This document shows positions 48,167 to 56,840 of a stretch of 64,000 bases of DNA, in pieces. Both the position numbers and the translations under genes were made by a program. Origin of the DNA: Candidatus Fraserbacteria bacterium (GTDB lineage Bacteria; Bipolaricaulota; Bipolaricaulia; RBG-16-55-9; DRXL01); assembly GCA_947085185.1 (NCBI GenBank), contig CAMTVK010000003.1, forward strand, positions 32,001-96,000. Direction: 5' to 3'. The notes below the pieces were generated by a model. The model saw only the letters and a list, made by a program, of their open reading frames with translations. It searched no databases and was not told where the DNA came from. Each line of letters opens with the position of its first letter. Within the stretch, counting starts at the first letter, position 1.

Positions 48167-48329
48167 AGAGCCTCCTTTCTTTGGTCTCCCACTCTACCAT
48201 ACGGCGTGCGACGGAGCAAGCGAAAGCGCTGAATGTAATGTGTATCACTATTATAGGAAGTAAAGTTCCCGTATAATGCTTCTTGAGCGATCTATGGGTA
48301 TAATGTTAAAGTCCCAAGAAGGAGGTCTT

Positions 48330-49805
48330 ATGGCAACATGGAGGCTCTGGGCATTGATCGGGTGTACTATGCTCGTTCTCGTTGTCGGCTCAAGCGTCGG
48401 CGTGACTCAAGTGAACTTCACGCTCACAGTTGTCAAGACGGGCACCGGCAGTGGTACGGTCACCAGCAGCCCCCCAGGGATCAATTGTGGCACCATCTGC
48501 TCTGCTTCTTTTCCCAGGGGTACCGCAGTCACTCTGACCGCCACTCCTGATAGCGGCTCGACCGTCAGCAGTTGGAGTGGCTGCGACTCCGTCTCTTCAG
48601 ATAATAGACAGTGCACCGTCACGATGAACTCCAACCGCACTGTCACAGTGACGTTCTCGACCACGGCTACGTTCACGCTCACCGTGACTGTTTCTGGGAA
48701 CGGCTCCGTCAGCAGCAGCCCCGTGGGAATAAATAATTGTCGTGGCACGTGCTCGGCTGCGTTTGCGGCAAACACGACCGTGACGCTGACGGCCAGCCCG
48801 GATTCTGGCTGGTCCTTCAGCGGCTGGGGTGGGGCATGCAGCGGCACCGGAGCGTGTCAGATCACTATGGACGCGAACAAGTCGGTCACCGCGACGTTCT
48901 CGCAAAACCCTGTGCTCACCGTAAACGTAAGCGGCACCGGCAGCGGCACGGTCACCAGCAGCCCCTCAGGGATCAATTGCGGCTCAGTGTGTTCAGCCTC
49001 GTTCAGGGGCGATACACAAGTGATCTTAACAGCTACGCCCGATGGAGACTCGACCGTCAGCAGCTGGAGCGGGTGCGATTCCGTCTCCCAGGACAAGCGC
49101 ACCTGCACCGTGAGGATGACCGGCAACAGGACAGTCACTGTGACGTTTACGCGCGCTCTGCCTGCATGCCAAGGCTATAGGCGCGACACAGAAGGAACTT
49201 CCGGCAACGACCTGTGCCAACCACTCGATCAGAACATCAACAGCGTCATGATTCGCGGCGACGGTGATGGGAACTTCGCCAATGGCCCTAACAGATGCCC
49301 CGAGACCGGGTGCGGCAATGATCGCATCTTTGGCACCAGCGGTGATGATATTATCTTCGGAGACGATGGCTTTAGCGGTGTGGCTCGCACGGGCCATGAC
49401 TGGATCATCAGCGGCGGAGGAGACGACACAATCTACGGTGAAGCGGGCAACGACATCATTGTCGGTGACAACGGCGATGACTTCATTGACGGTGGCCCGG
49501 GCAACGACGTCATTGATGGCGGCTTTGGGATAGATGAGCTGAGCGGCGGCGGGGGCAACGATACGTTCATCATCCGTGCCGGAAACCCTAGCGCTGGTAC
49601 TGGCACGACGACGATCATCTGCACGCAGGGGCCCGGCGAGTCTGGCAAGGTCTTGGTTCGGGGGAATTTCAAGGCGCGCATCCCCTTCGGGACGTACAGA
49701 TCTAATACGACCGTTCAGATCGAAGACCGCTCGGTGAGCTTCAGCTCGCCCATGATCTACGAGGTCATGACCGGGCCAGGCAAGTGCATCATCAGACGGG
49801 GGTAA
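48330..49805 (+). CDS. Secreted protein with three InlB B-repeat-like domains and RTX-type Ca-binding repeats
   Basis: AGGAGG RBS; signal peptide; GTGSGTVTSSP.GINCG..CSASF repeats; GGGDD/GEAGND/GGPGND nonapeptides. Confidence 0.85.
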   Translation: MATWRLWALIGCTMLVLVVGSSVGVTQVNFTLTVVKTGTGSGTVTSSPPGINCGTICSASFPRGTAVTLTATPDSGSTVSSWSGCDSVSSDNRQCTVTMNSNRTVTVTFSTTATFTLTVTVSGNGSVSSSPVGINNCRGTCSAAFAANTTVTLTASPDSGWSFSGWGGACSGTGACQITMDANKSVTATFSQNPVLTVNVSGTGSGTVTSSPSGINCGSVCSASFRGDTQVILTATPDGDSTVSSWSGCDSVSQDKRTCTVRMTGNRTVTVTFTRALPACQGYRRDTEGTSGNDLCQPLDQNINSVMIRGDGDGNFANGPNRCPETGCGNDRIFGTSGDDIIFGDDGFSGVARTGHDWIISGGGDDTIYGEAGNDIIVGDNGDDFIDGGPGNDVIDGGFGIDELSGGGGNDTFIIRAGNPSAGTGTTTIICTQGPGESGKVLVRGNFKARIPFGTYRSNTTVQIEDRSVSFSSPMIYEVMTGPGKCIIRRG

Positions 49806-50094
49806 GCTCGTCATAAGCGCGCAAGGCTTGGTCACGTCGCCCAGAGTTAGCATAGACGCGCATCACCCGTTGCCAGATCTCCTCTCGCAGGGGGTAGTCC
49901 ACAAGTAGATGCTGGCAGATGGCCAGGGCTTCGCTATAGCGTTGCTGCTCAGCCAATAAGTCGGCCCAGTCGCGGCGCAGCTCAAAGAAGCTCTCACGGA
50001 GCCGCTCGCGGGTGCTGAGCGCCCAGTCCTCGTAGCGATCTTCTTCGAGATAATCGCCGCGATAGAGTTCGGCCGCGGCTCTATAGGCTGCCAT
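49792..50094 (-). pseudogene. Isolated BTAD-domain fragment (remnant of a SARP regulator)
   Basis: LYRGDYLEEDRYEDW...PLREE.WQRVM...ALRAY closely matches the BTAD part of the 18985 gene; wHTH and ATPase absent. Confidence 0.7.
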
Positions 50095-50332
50095 TGGCTA
50101 GCTTGGGCTAGCCAACACCTGCCTTGGTAAGTGTTATTGTAATCACATTCGCATGGATTGTCAAGACCCCAAGGGCAAAATCTTCCGTTTAATAGCTATT
50201 AAAGAACGATTTAATCTGAGAATCACGGAAAGCGCGAGATTTCACGGAGCACATAGAAGAGCGTCGTTGTCTAGGTGCCCCGGATTTAACGTCACAGCCT
50301 CTTGGGAATGAGCTGTAAGCGCTGCAGGTCTT

Positions 50333-50566
50333 CTACTGTCCAGCGGGCCTGCCGCATGATGAGTTTGAGCGTTGTTTGAGCAGGTCGGCGATGTAGGTTT
50401 CAATGGCGTCTTGGATATTCTGCAAGGCTTCGGCTTGGCTGTATCCCCAGGTATGACAGCCGGGCAGGGCCGGTACAGTCGCGAGGTAGACGTCCTCGTC
50501 TTTCTGTAAGACGACGCGGAAACTGTAGGACTTTAAGCTCGTTCGCACTCTCACTCGTTGAGCCAT
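50333..50566 (-). pseudogene. HicB-family antitoxin, apparently truncated and joined to a HicA C-terminal remnant
   Basis: YLATVPALPGCHTWG.S..EAL.NI.DAI HicB motif; another frame (50372-50292) reads TLKLIMRQARWTVEDLQRLQLI. Confidence 0.6.
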
Positions 50567-50728
50567 AGCGTTTAAGTTTAGCATAAAAGCCCGCATCTCT
50601 TCAAGTTGCATAGTGGTTCAAATTTAATCGCCCTTAAATCACGGTTTAATCAAAAAATAATGGGTCTCGTCTAAACTTTGATAACGAGGGAGGATGCAGC
50701 ATGCAAGGCGACGGGTGCGGAGAGTTCT

Positions 50729-50962
50729 ATGCCCAAGACAAGTGCGCTGGTGAAGTCTGCAACGTTCATCATTCGTGTTTGGGATTGCAAGCGTGGTCAA
50801 GTCGAGCACATTCAGAGTGGGGAGAAGAAGCATTTCAAAGGTCTGGAGCAATTGTACGAGATTCTCAAGCGCGAGCTGGAGGAAGCGCCGCGCGAAAATT
50901 TAGAAGGGGGTGGTCGTCGTAGAGCAATCGCAGGGAAGTCCAAAGTCAAACCAAAACCCTAA
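50729..50962 (+). CDS. Small hypothetical protein
   Basis: TFIIRVW...RGQVEHIQSGE..HF..LE.L pattern; GGAG RBS before ATG 50729. Confidence 0.6.
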   Translation: MPKTSALVKSATFIIRVWDCKRGQVEHIQSGEKKHFKGLEQLYEILKRELEEAPRENLEGGGRRRAIAGKSKVKPKP

Positions 50963-50983
50963 ACCAAAAAGGAGGAGTACGCA

Positions 50984-51352
50984 ATGATTAGGGTCAAAAC
51001 CATTGGAGGAGGTGATGGCAATAACATCATCGATGTTGGTGGTGGCGATGATGACGTTATTGCAGGAGCGGGCGATGACGTCATCAGGCTCACGGTAATT
51101 GCGGCTGGTGAACAAGGAGATGATATACAGGCAGGTGACGGTGATGATCGCATCTTCATCTCAGGGGTGGCTGGGGCCGGGGCACCCCCTGCTACCACAT
51201 TGGTCTCTTGTGGTGCAGGTGCAGATACGGTAAGAGCCACGGGCATGAGTGCTAGCTTCAGAGGTACCTTTGCTGGTCCCGTTACGATACCTGATACTGC
51301 TGGTAACTCTTACGTGTTCGACGCGGATTGCGAGACGATCATCGTTCGGTAG
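50984..51352 (+). CDS. Small RTX-like Gly/Asp-repeat protein without signal peptide
   Basis: AGGAGGAG RBS; GGDGNNII, GGGDDDV, AGAGDDVI, AGDGDDRI, CGAGADTV. Confidence 0.7.
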   Translation: MIRVKTIGGGDGNNIIDVGGGDDDVIAGAGDDVIRLTVIAAGEQGDDIQAGDGDDRIFISGVAGAGAPPATTLVSCGAGADTVRATGMSASFRGTFAGPVTIPDTAGNSYVFDADCETIIVR

Positions 51353-51393
51353 AGCAAGCTGACGGGAGCCACAGTGCTCCTGAAGCAGAAAAA

Positions 51394-51459
51394 GCGCAGG
51401 CTCCGGGGCGATAGAAGCATCCTCCCGCCCCGGAGCTTGTGTTTCGTTGTTGTGTGTTT
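51394..51459 (+). terminator. Intrinsic, possibly bidirectional, terminator
   Basis: GCGCAGGCTCCGGGGCG...CGCCCCGGAGCTTGTGT hairpin with A tract before and T-rich tract after. Confidence 0.6.
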
Positions 51460-51482
51460 ACACTACTGGAAGGGGCAGCTCT

Positions 51483-51716
51483 TTAGCGTTCTTGGACCAA
51501 GCGCAGAAACTCTTCATCAGATATCTCAGCATCCCGTAGAATCTTCTTGAGCAACCAACGGTCGATATCTTCGCCGGCATGGACGGGCACAGACGTCACA
51601 CGCCCATCAGGGTGCTTCAACCGGACATGCCCTCCTCGCTGCCGCACTCTACGGAATCCCGCATGCTCTAATGCCTTGATAACCTTCTGGGCTTTCAAGA
51701 TGGGGAGCCGCGCCAT
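51483..51716 (-). CDS. hicA: HicA family toxin
   Basis: VIKALE..GF..VRQRGGH..LKHPDGR...VPVH...LLKKILRDA. Confidence 0.9.
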   Translation of the reverse strand: MARLPILKAQKVIKALEHAGFRRVRQRGGHVRLKHPDGRVTSVPVHAGEDIDRWLLKKILRDAEISDEEFLRLVQER

Positions 51717-51718
51717 GA

Positions 51719-51952
51719 TCAAACTGAAATTTTTTGAATCCCCACGATGCGTGTCTTGACGCCCAAAGAAGCAAATTCCTGGCCCTCATCCTCTAGACAG
51801 AGTCGAGTGACTTCTTTCACGCGCGCCATCAGCTCATCAAGAGTCTTCGCTTGAGTATAGCACCCCCGCAACTGGGGAACCTCCGCCACGTAATAGCCAT
51901 CCTCGCCTTCTTCAATAATCACATAGAATTCTCGCACTCTTCTCTTGGCCAT
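51719..51952 (-). CDS. hicB: HicB family antitoxin
   Basis: EDGYYVAEVPQLRGCYTQAKTLDEL; AGGAGG RBS before ATG 51952. Confidence 0.9.
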   Translation of the reverse strand: MAKRRVREFYVIIEEGEDGYYVAEVPQLRGCYTQAKTLDELMARVKEVTRLCLEDEGQEFASLGVKTRIVGIQKISV

Positions 51953-51972
51953 AGACCTCCTTTCACTATAGT

Positions 51973-52791
51973 CTAGGAGAGCTCCCGGAGGGCTTGTTCT
52001 AACTGCTCCGGCGTGGGCGCGCCGTGATGCCAATGATAGTCCCCTTCCATGAATGAGACGCCCTTCCCAATTACTGTGCGAGCGACGATCATCGTCGGGC
52101 GGCCTGTGCCCTGATTCTTAAAAAATTGCTCAAAAGCCCCAATGATCTGGTCATAGTCGTGCCCATTAATCTCTATCGTATGCCAGCCGAACGCGCGCCA
52201 TTTCTCAGCGATGGGCTCGATCTTCATAATATCTTCGGTGCGCCCGTCAATCTGCGTAAAATTTCGGTCGAGCATCGCACAGAGATTGTCTAATCTATAG
52301 TGCGCAGCAGCCGTCGCGGCTTCCCATGTCTGGCCCTCTTGACACTCGCCATCGCTGATGAGACAGTAAATTTTATAATCTTTCTTGTCGAGCTTGGCCG
52401 CAAGCGCCATGCCCACCGACACAGATAACCCTAACCCCAACGAGCCCCCAGAATGCTCCACCCCAGGCGTCCCCCACGCAAGACTCGGATGCCCCTGCAA
52501 GATCGAGCCGAGCTTGCGCAGCTTCGTCAGCTCTTCCTTAGAAAAATACCCGTGGTCGGCCAAGATCGCATAGAGTATTGGGCAGATATGCCCATTGCTG
52601 AGCACGAAGCGATCGCGCTCTGGCCAACGTGGCTCTTCCGGACGATGACGCAGATATTTGTAATAGAGCACCGTCAAGAGATCAGCGGAGCTGAGCGCCC
52701 CTCCAGGATGTCCAGAACCAGCCTGTGCTACCATCTCCAAGACCGCACGACGCAGCTCCTTGGCCTTCTGCTGAAGCTGTGAGATCGTCAT
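51973..52791 (-). CDS. Transketolase, N-terminal (TPP-binding) subunit
   Basis: SGHPGG, RDRFVLSNGH, LQGHP, GSLG.G, DGECQEGQTWEA, GKGV...WH. Confidence 0.92.
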   Translation of the reverse strand: MTISQLQQKAKELRRAVLEMVAQAGSGHPGGALSSADLLTVLYYKYLRHRPEEPRWPERDRFVLSNGHICPILYAILADHGYFSKEELTKLRKLGSILQGHPSLAWGTPGVEHSGGSLGLGLSVSVGMALAAKLDKKDYKIYCLISDGECQEGQTWEAATAAAHYRLDNLCAMLDRNFTQIDGRTEDIMKIEPIAEKWRAFGWHTIEINGHDYDQIIGAFEQFFKNQGTGRPTMIVARTVIGKGVSFMEGDYHWHHGAPTPEQLEQALRELS

Positions 52792-52800
52792 ACTGACATT

Positions 52801-55035
52801 CTATTTGAGCACGACAAACTTGCCAAGTCTTCTTTGGATCACTTGATTATCGGAGAAGATCTCAACGACATAGAGATAGACGCCGTTGGCCCGACGATGC
52901 GGACGCCATTGGAGCACTGCGCCCCCGTGAGCAATCTCTTCGAAGAGCTGAGCCCCCTTGAGATCGTAAACCCGCAGCCGAGCCATCTCCATAGGCCCTG
53001 TGAGCTGAATGCGAACACTATCTCTCTGATAGACCAGCAAGACGCTGATCGCTTCGCTTGCAGATTCTAGGGTGATCGTGTCGTCGCCATCTACTGTGAT
53101 GCCGTTCACCGTGCCAGACCAGCGATAGACCCCCGGCTGAGCCGTCTTGGGAATGCGCAGCTCATATGTCAGCGACACCGTCTTGCCGGGGTGCACAACG
53201 GGCCAGACACAAAGAAGCGCTCGCTCTTGCTGGGAGCATGGTCTTTCAGGGAATGGGTCTGGGGATAAGTTCCACGGCAGCTCTTCACGCAGCTCCACCC
53301 CGCCAAAGAGCCCCGGCGGCATCGTCGCTGTGACCGTGACCGTGACAAGATCGCCGGGTTGGGCACGCCTCGGCGAGATAGTACGCCGCGCTTGTATTGC
53401 GCCAAGCGCGAGATCTAATCTCCCTGCGCCGTAGATCGTATCTTTTCCGGGTTCGCCCATATCGAGAGCTTGCGCTTCGAGGGCACGCTGGAGATCATCG
53501 GCTGTCCAGGTGGGATGCTGAGAGAGCAAGAGCGCTGCGGCTCCCGCGACGTGCGGCGCCGACGCCGACGTCCCGGAGAAGAACGTCAGCGTGAAATTGG
53601 AGACGCCATCGGGTCCAGCAATGTCGGGCTTGATGCGTCCATCGCTTGTTGGCCCCTGCGAGCTGAACGGCTCTTGGGGGCCGGTCTTCCAACTGCGCAC
53701 GCTGATCGCGCCAACAGCGAACGCCCCACGCGCGTCCGCCGGAGTCAAGATACTCCCCTGGGGAACGTTAGGCTCAATAATTTGCTGGCTGATATTGAAG
53801 ATTTTCACTCGGATATTCGTGCGAGAGACGCGGCGCGCGAGCACCCGCGCCCGATACGTCCCCGGCGCCCACGCACCATACTCGATCTGCTCCGTGGGCT
53901 CTTCAAAGCCCGTCTGGTAGTTCTGCGAACTGGCCACCAAGCGCCCTTGCGCGTCATAGAGAAAGAGATCGAAGTCTTGGCGGGTGCGCGGCCAGTCGTC
54001 CCACGTGAGATAGAGCTGCACAGAGCCGGGAAAATCTACTTTGATGAGCAGGTCTTCTTGGCCGGGGGCAAACTCGAGCCAGCCGTCATAGTCTCTATCG
54101 CTAAAGAACCCCGTCCAATGGCTCTGGGCGTGATTGCCCGCGGCGTTCACCCAGAAGATCCCCTGGGCGCGCGCTCGGTCCGCGATCTCGGCGACGATCC
54201 CCGTGCCGTCGGTGAAATTCGCGTTGACCACACCCACCGAATAATTAATAATCTGCACCCCCTGGGCGATGGCATCATCAACAGCGTTGGCAAGATCGAT
54301 CTCATCGGAGATTTTTTTCAGATAGAGCCAGGCTTCTGGGGCCATGGCGTGCACGATCTCGGCGACGCCCGTGCCGTGAGCAGTTCCGACCTCGAGCCCC
54401 TCGCCCGTGTAGTCTTGGGTGTCGACGATCGCGTCGCGAGCGATGACGCGAGCTTCGCGGGCGCGGCTCAGCCCGGCAAAGCCCAAGTCTATAATAGCGA
54501 CCTTGACGTTTTGGCCGCGCCAGCCAGCACTCTGTAATAACAGTGCCCCGGTGGGCAAGAGTCCTTCCGTCGCGCGCGCTCCCAGCGCGGCAAACGGCCT
54601 TGGACGCCTAATGAACGAAATCCCGGGGACGTTCTGGGCCAACGCTCGGAGATTTTCTCTGGGCACGCGCACACGATAGAGACTGCGCGCGCGGGCTTCA
54701 ATGTGGGCGCCGAAGCTCTGCAAGAGCGCTGCGTCGAGCGGACGCTCGCTCTCGATGATGACCGTGAGAGCGTTTCCCGACTCTTCTTTTTTGGGAGATG
54801 AGCCCTGAGAGAGTGTGGGTATTGTCTGGAGGGCTTCAGCAAGCAGCGCCGTCTCGATCTTGGGGTGATGGTGCAGCGGGGGCTTGGGAGGGATGGGCCA
54901 GTCTTCAGAAAAGCTCAGATGCGCGAGCCCAACGAATAAAAATACGAGAAACGTACAAAGCAGGCGCACAGACTTCCCCGGAACGTTTATGTGCGACCGC
55001 GCTCTCACAAGATGCTGCACATCAACGTTCCGCAT
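52801..55035 (-). CDS. Secreted S8 (subtilisin-like) serine protease with Ig-like module and C-terminal sorting-like domain
   Basis: Triad VAIIDLG, HGTGVA, GTSASAPHVAG; FSSQGP..DGRIKPD; C-terminal LRVYDLKG...ANGVYLY...KFVVLK. Confidence 0.88.
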   Translation of the reverse strand: MRNVDVQHLVRARSHINVPGKSVRLLCTFLVFLFVGLAHLSFSEDWPIPPKPPLHHHPKIETALLAEALQTIPTLSQGSSPKKEESGNALTVIIESERPLDAALLQSFGAHIEARARSLYRVRVPRENLRALAQNVPGISFIRRPRPFAALGARATEGLLPTGALLLQSAGWRGQNVKVAIIDLGFAGLSRAREARVIARDAIVDTQDYTGEGLEVGTAHGTGVAEIVHAMAPEAWLYLKKISDEIDLANAVDDAIAQGVQIINYSVGVVNANFTDGTGIVAEIADRARAQGIFWVNAAGNHAQSHWTGFFSDRDYDGWLEFAPGQEDLLIKVDFPGSVQLYLTWDDWPRTRQDFDLFLYDAQGRLVASSQNYQTGFEEPTEQIEYGAWAPGTYRARVLARRVSRTNIRVKIFNISQQIIEPNVPQGSILTPADARGAFAVGAISVRSWKTGPQEPFSSQGPTSDGRIKPDIAGPDGVSNFTLTFFSGTSASAPHVAGAAALLLSQHPTWTADDLQRALEAQALDMGEPGKDTIYGAGRLDLALGAIQARRTISPRRAQPGDLVTVTVTATMPPGLFGGVELREELPWNLSPDPFPERPCSQQERALLCVWPVVHPGKTVSLTYELRIPKTAQPGVYRWSGTVNGITVDGDDTITLESASEAISVLLVYQRDSVRIQLTGPMEMARLRVYDLKGAQLFEEIAHGGAVLQWRPHRRANGVYLYVVEIFSDNQVIQRRLGKFVVLK

Positions 55036-55081
55036 GGCGCTCCTACGATAGCGAAAATTTTTGTCCAGCGCAAACAGTCCC

Positions 55082-56713
55082 CTAAGGGGCTTGGGAGATC
55101 TTATTGAGCAAAATAGCGACACGGCCGCTGACAAATTGCGCCACGGCGATATCTATAAACTCGCGGCCTAGGAAGCGCCCTGGAGCGATGGCTATAGGCC
55201 CGGCTCCCACAGGCCAAATCTTGCTCATCCCAAACGTACCATCGCCTCGCCCAAGAAAGATCTGGAGCTCGTTGCTCTGGAAGTGAGCGACCATGAGATC
55301 GAGTGCGCCGTCGCGGTCAAGATCAGCGAGGTGCACCGCGCGGCTCCCCCGGCCGGCAAGAAGCACGGGGCCTTCGCGGAAGCGCCCCGTCCCACGCCCC
55401 AAAAAGATCTTCACTGTGTTCTCCCCTGACGCTGCCAGCGCAAGATCGACAAAGCCGTCACCATTGAGATCCCCCACGGCCAGCCCCGTCGGCTCTTTGC
55501 CCGCGGCAAAGGGCGTGAGCGCGTCGAACGTGCCGTCACCGTTGCCCAACAGCACCGCGACCGCGTCGTTGAAGAAGTCCGAGACGGCAATATCTATCTG
55601 CCCGTCATCGTTGAAGTCCCCAAGGGCTAACGCGCTCAGCCAGCCGCCCACCGTGATCTCTTGTGCGTGCGAGAAATCCCCAGCGCCGTCGCCTAGGAGC
55701 ACGGTCACCCGGCCCAGCGGAGCATTCGCAATCGCTATATCGAAAATGTGATCGCGATTAAAATCATCGCTGACCAGCGTATACGGCCCCCGACCTACTG
55801 CAATCTCCCGCTCGGGGGTGAACTGCCCTGCCCCGTCACCGTAAAAGACGAGAATGCGTCCCTCGTCGAAGTTGGTCACGATCAGATCAAGATTTTCATC
55901 ACCGTTAAAATCTTGAGCGATCAACGACGTAGGGCGCTGTGGCAGCGTGAGCATCGTCTTTACAGAGAAGCCTCCGGTGCCGTCGCTGCGCAGCACGGTG
56001 ACGGTCCTGCTCTCAAAGTTGGCCACCGCAAGATCATCGAAGCCGTCGTGATCGAAATCTCCCACAGCCAAGGCCGTCGGCGCCAAACCCACTCCCACCG
56101 AGATGGGAAACGAAAAGTCGAGCACCCGGATCGTCATCTGGGCGCGATCGCTTGAGCCGTCTTCGTCGAAGACTCGAAGAGTCACGCTATAGACCCCGGC
56201 GCGGGTGTACACGTGTGAGACTTGCTGCCCCAAGGCGCTCGTACCATCGCCGAAGTCCCACTCATAGCGCACGATGCGCTGCGGCACCAAGAGCGCCGCC
56301 GGATCGCTCGACGCTGCAGCGTCAAACTGCACGGTGAGCGGGGCAAAGCCGTTGGTCGCCGTTGCCGTAAAGAGCGCTCTGGGAGGTGGGTTGCCGACTT
56401 TTATAATGACCGTAGCGACGGCTGTAGATCCACGGTCATCTCGCACTGTAAGAATGACGGGGTAGAGTCCCGGTTGGGTGTAGGTGTGCGAGACTTTTGC
56501 GCCGGAATCTCTCGAACCGTCGCCGAAGTCCCAAAGATACTCTATAATTTTGCCGTCGGGGTCGCGCGAGCTGGAGCCGTCGAACTGCACCGTGAGCGGC
56601 ACACCCCCGCTGAGAGGGACTGCCGTAATAGACGCGATCGGCGGCTGATTGGGCACAGGGACACATCCGACCGCCCCCACAAGGAGCACCCCACAGAGCA
56701 AGAGAATTCTCAT
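55082..56713 (-). CDS. Lipoprotein with two PKD domains and FG-GAP repeats
   Basis: Lipobox AVGC; WDFGDG x2; repeated DF..DG..D.AVA...LG.GDG.F. Confidence 0.85.
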   Translation of the reverse strand: MRILLLCGVLLVGAVGCVPVPNQPPIASITAVPLSGGVPLTVQFDGSSSRDPDGKIIEYLWDFGDGSRDSGAKVSHTYTQPGLYPVILTVRDDRGSTAVATVIIKVGNPPPRALFTATATNGFAPLTVQFDAAASSDPAALLVPQRIVRYEWDFGDGTSALGQQVSHVYTRAGVYSVTLRVFDEDGSSDRAQMTIRVLDFSFPISVGVGLAPTALAVGDFDHDGFDDLAVANFESRTVTVLRSDGTGGFSVKTMLTLPQRPTSLIAQDFNGDENLDLIVTNFDEGRILVFYGDGAGQFTPEREIAVGRGPYTLVSDDFNRDHIFDIAIANAPLGRVTVLLGDGAGDFSHAQEITVGGWLSALALGDFNDDGQIDIAVSDFFNDAVAVLLGNGDGTFDALTPFAAGKEPTGLAVGDLNGDGFVDLALAASGENTVKIFLGRGTGRFREGPVLLAGRGSRAVHLADLDRDGALDLMVAHFQSNELQIFLGRGDGTFGMSKIWPVGAGPIAIAPGRFLGREFIDIAVAQFVSGRVAILLNKISQAP

Positions 56714-56840
56714 AAGACCCCCTGCTATGATAATAATGACCGGGGGCCTTGAAAGCAAATTGTCAGTATGGCGCCGGAAGGACAAAGGGGCTCAGGGTGT
56801 CGCAGGCCGCAGCGGCGTGTCCATAGAGGCTTGTCAAATC

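Noticed and set aside
48430..49150. ~220-bp imperfect DNA duplication
   Set aside because: Explained by InlB B-repeat-like domain duplication within one CDS; not a mobile element.
53470..54537. Long alternative ORFs (for example 355 aa here, 17415-18380, 6317-7153, 26920-27903, 2235-3071)
   Set aside because: Antisense or off-frame shadows of well-supported genes in GC-rich DNA, with no family motifs.
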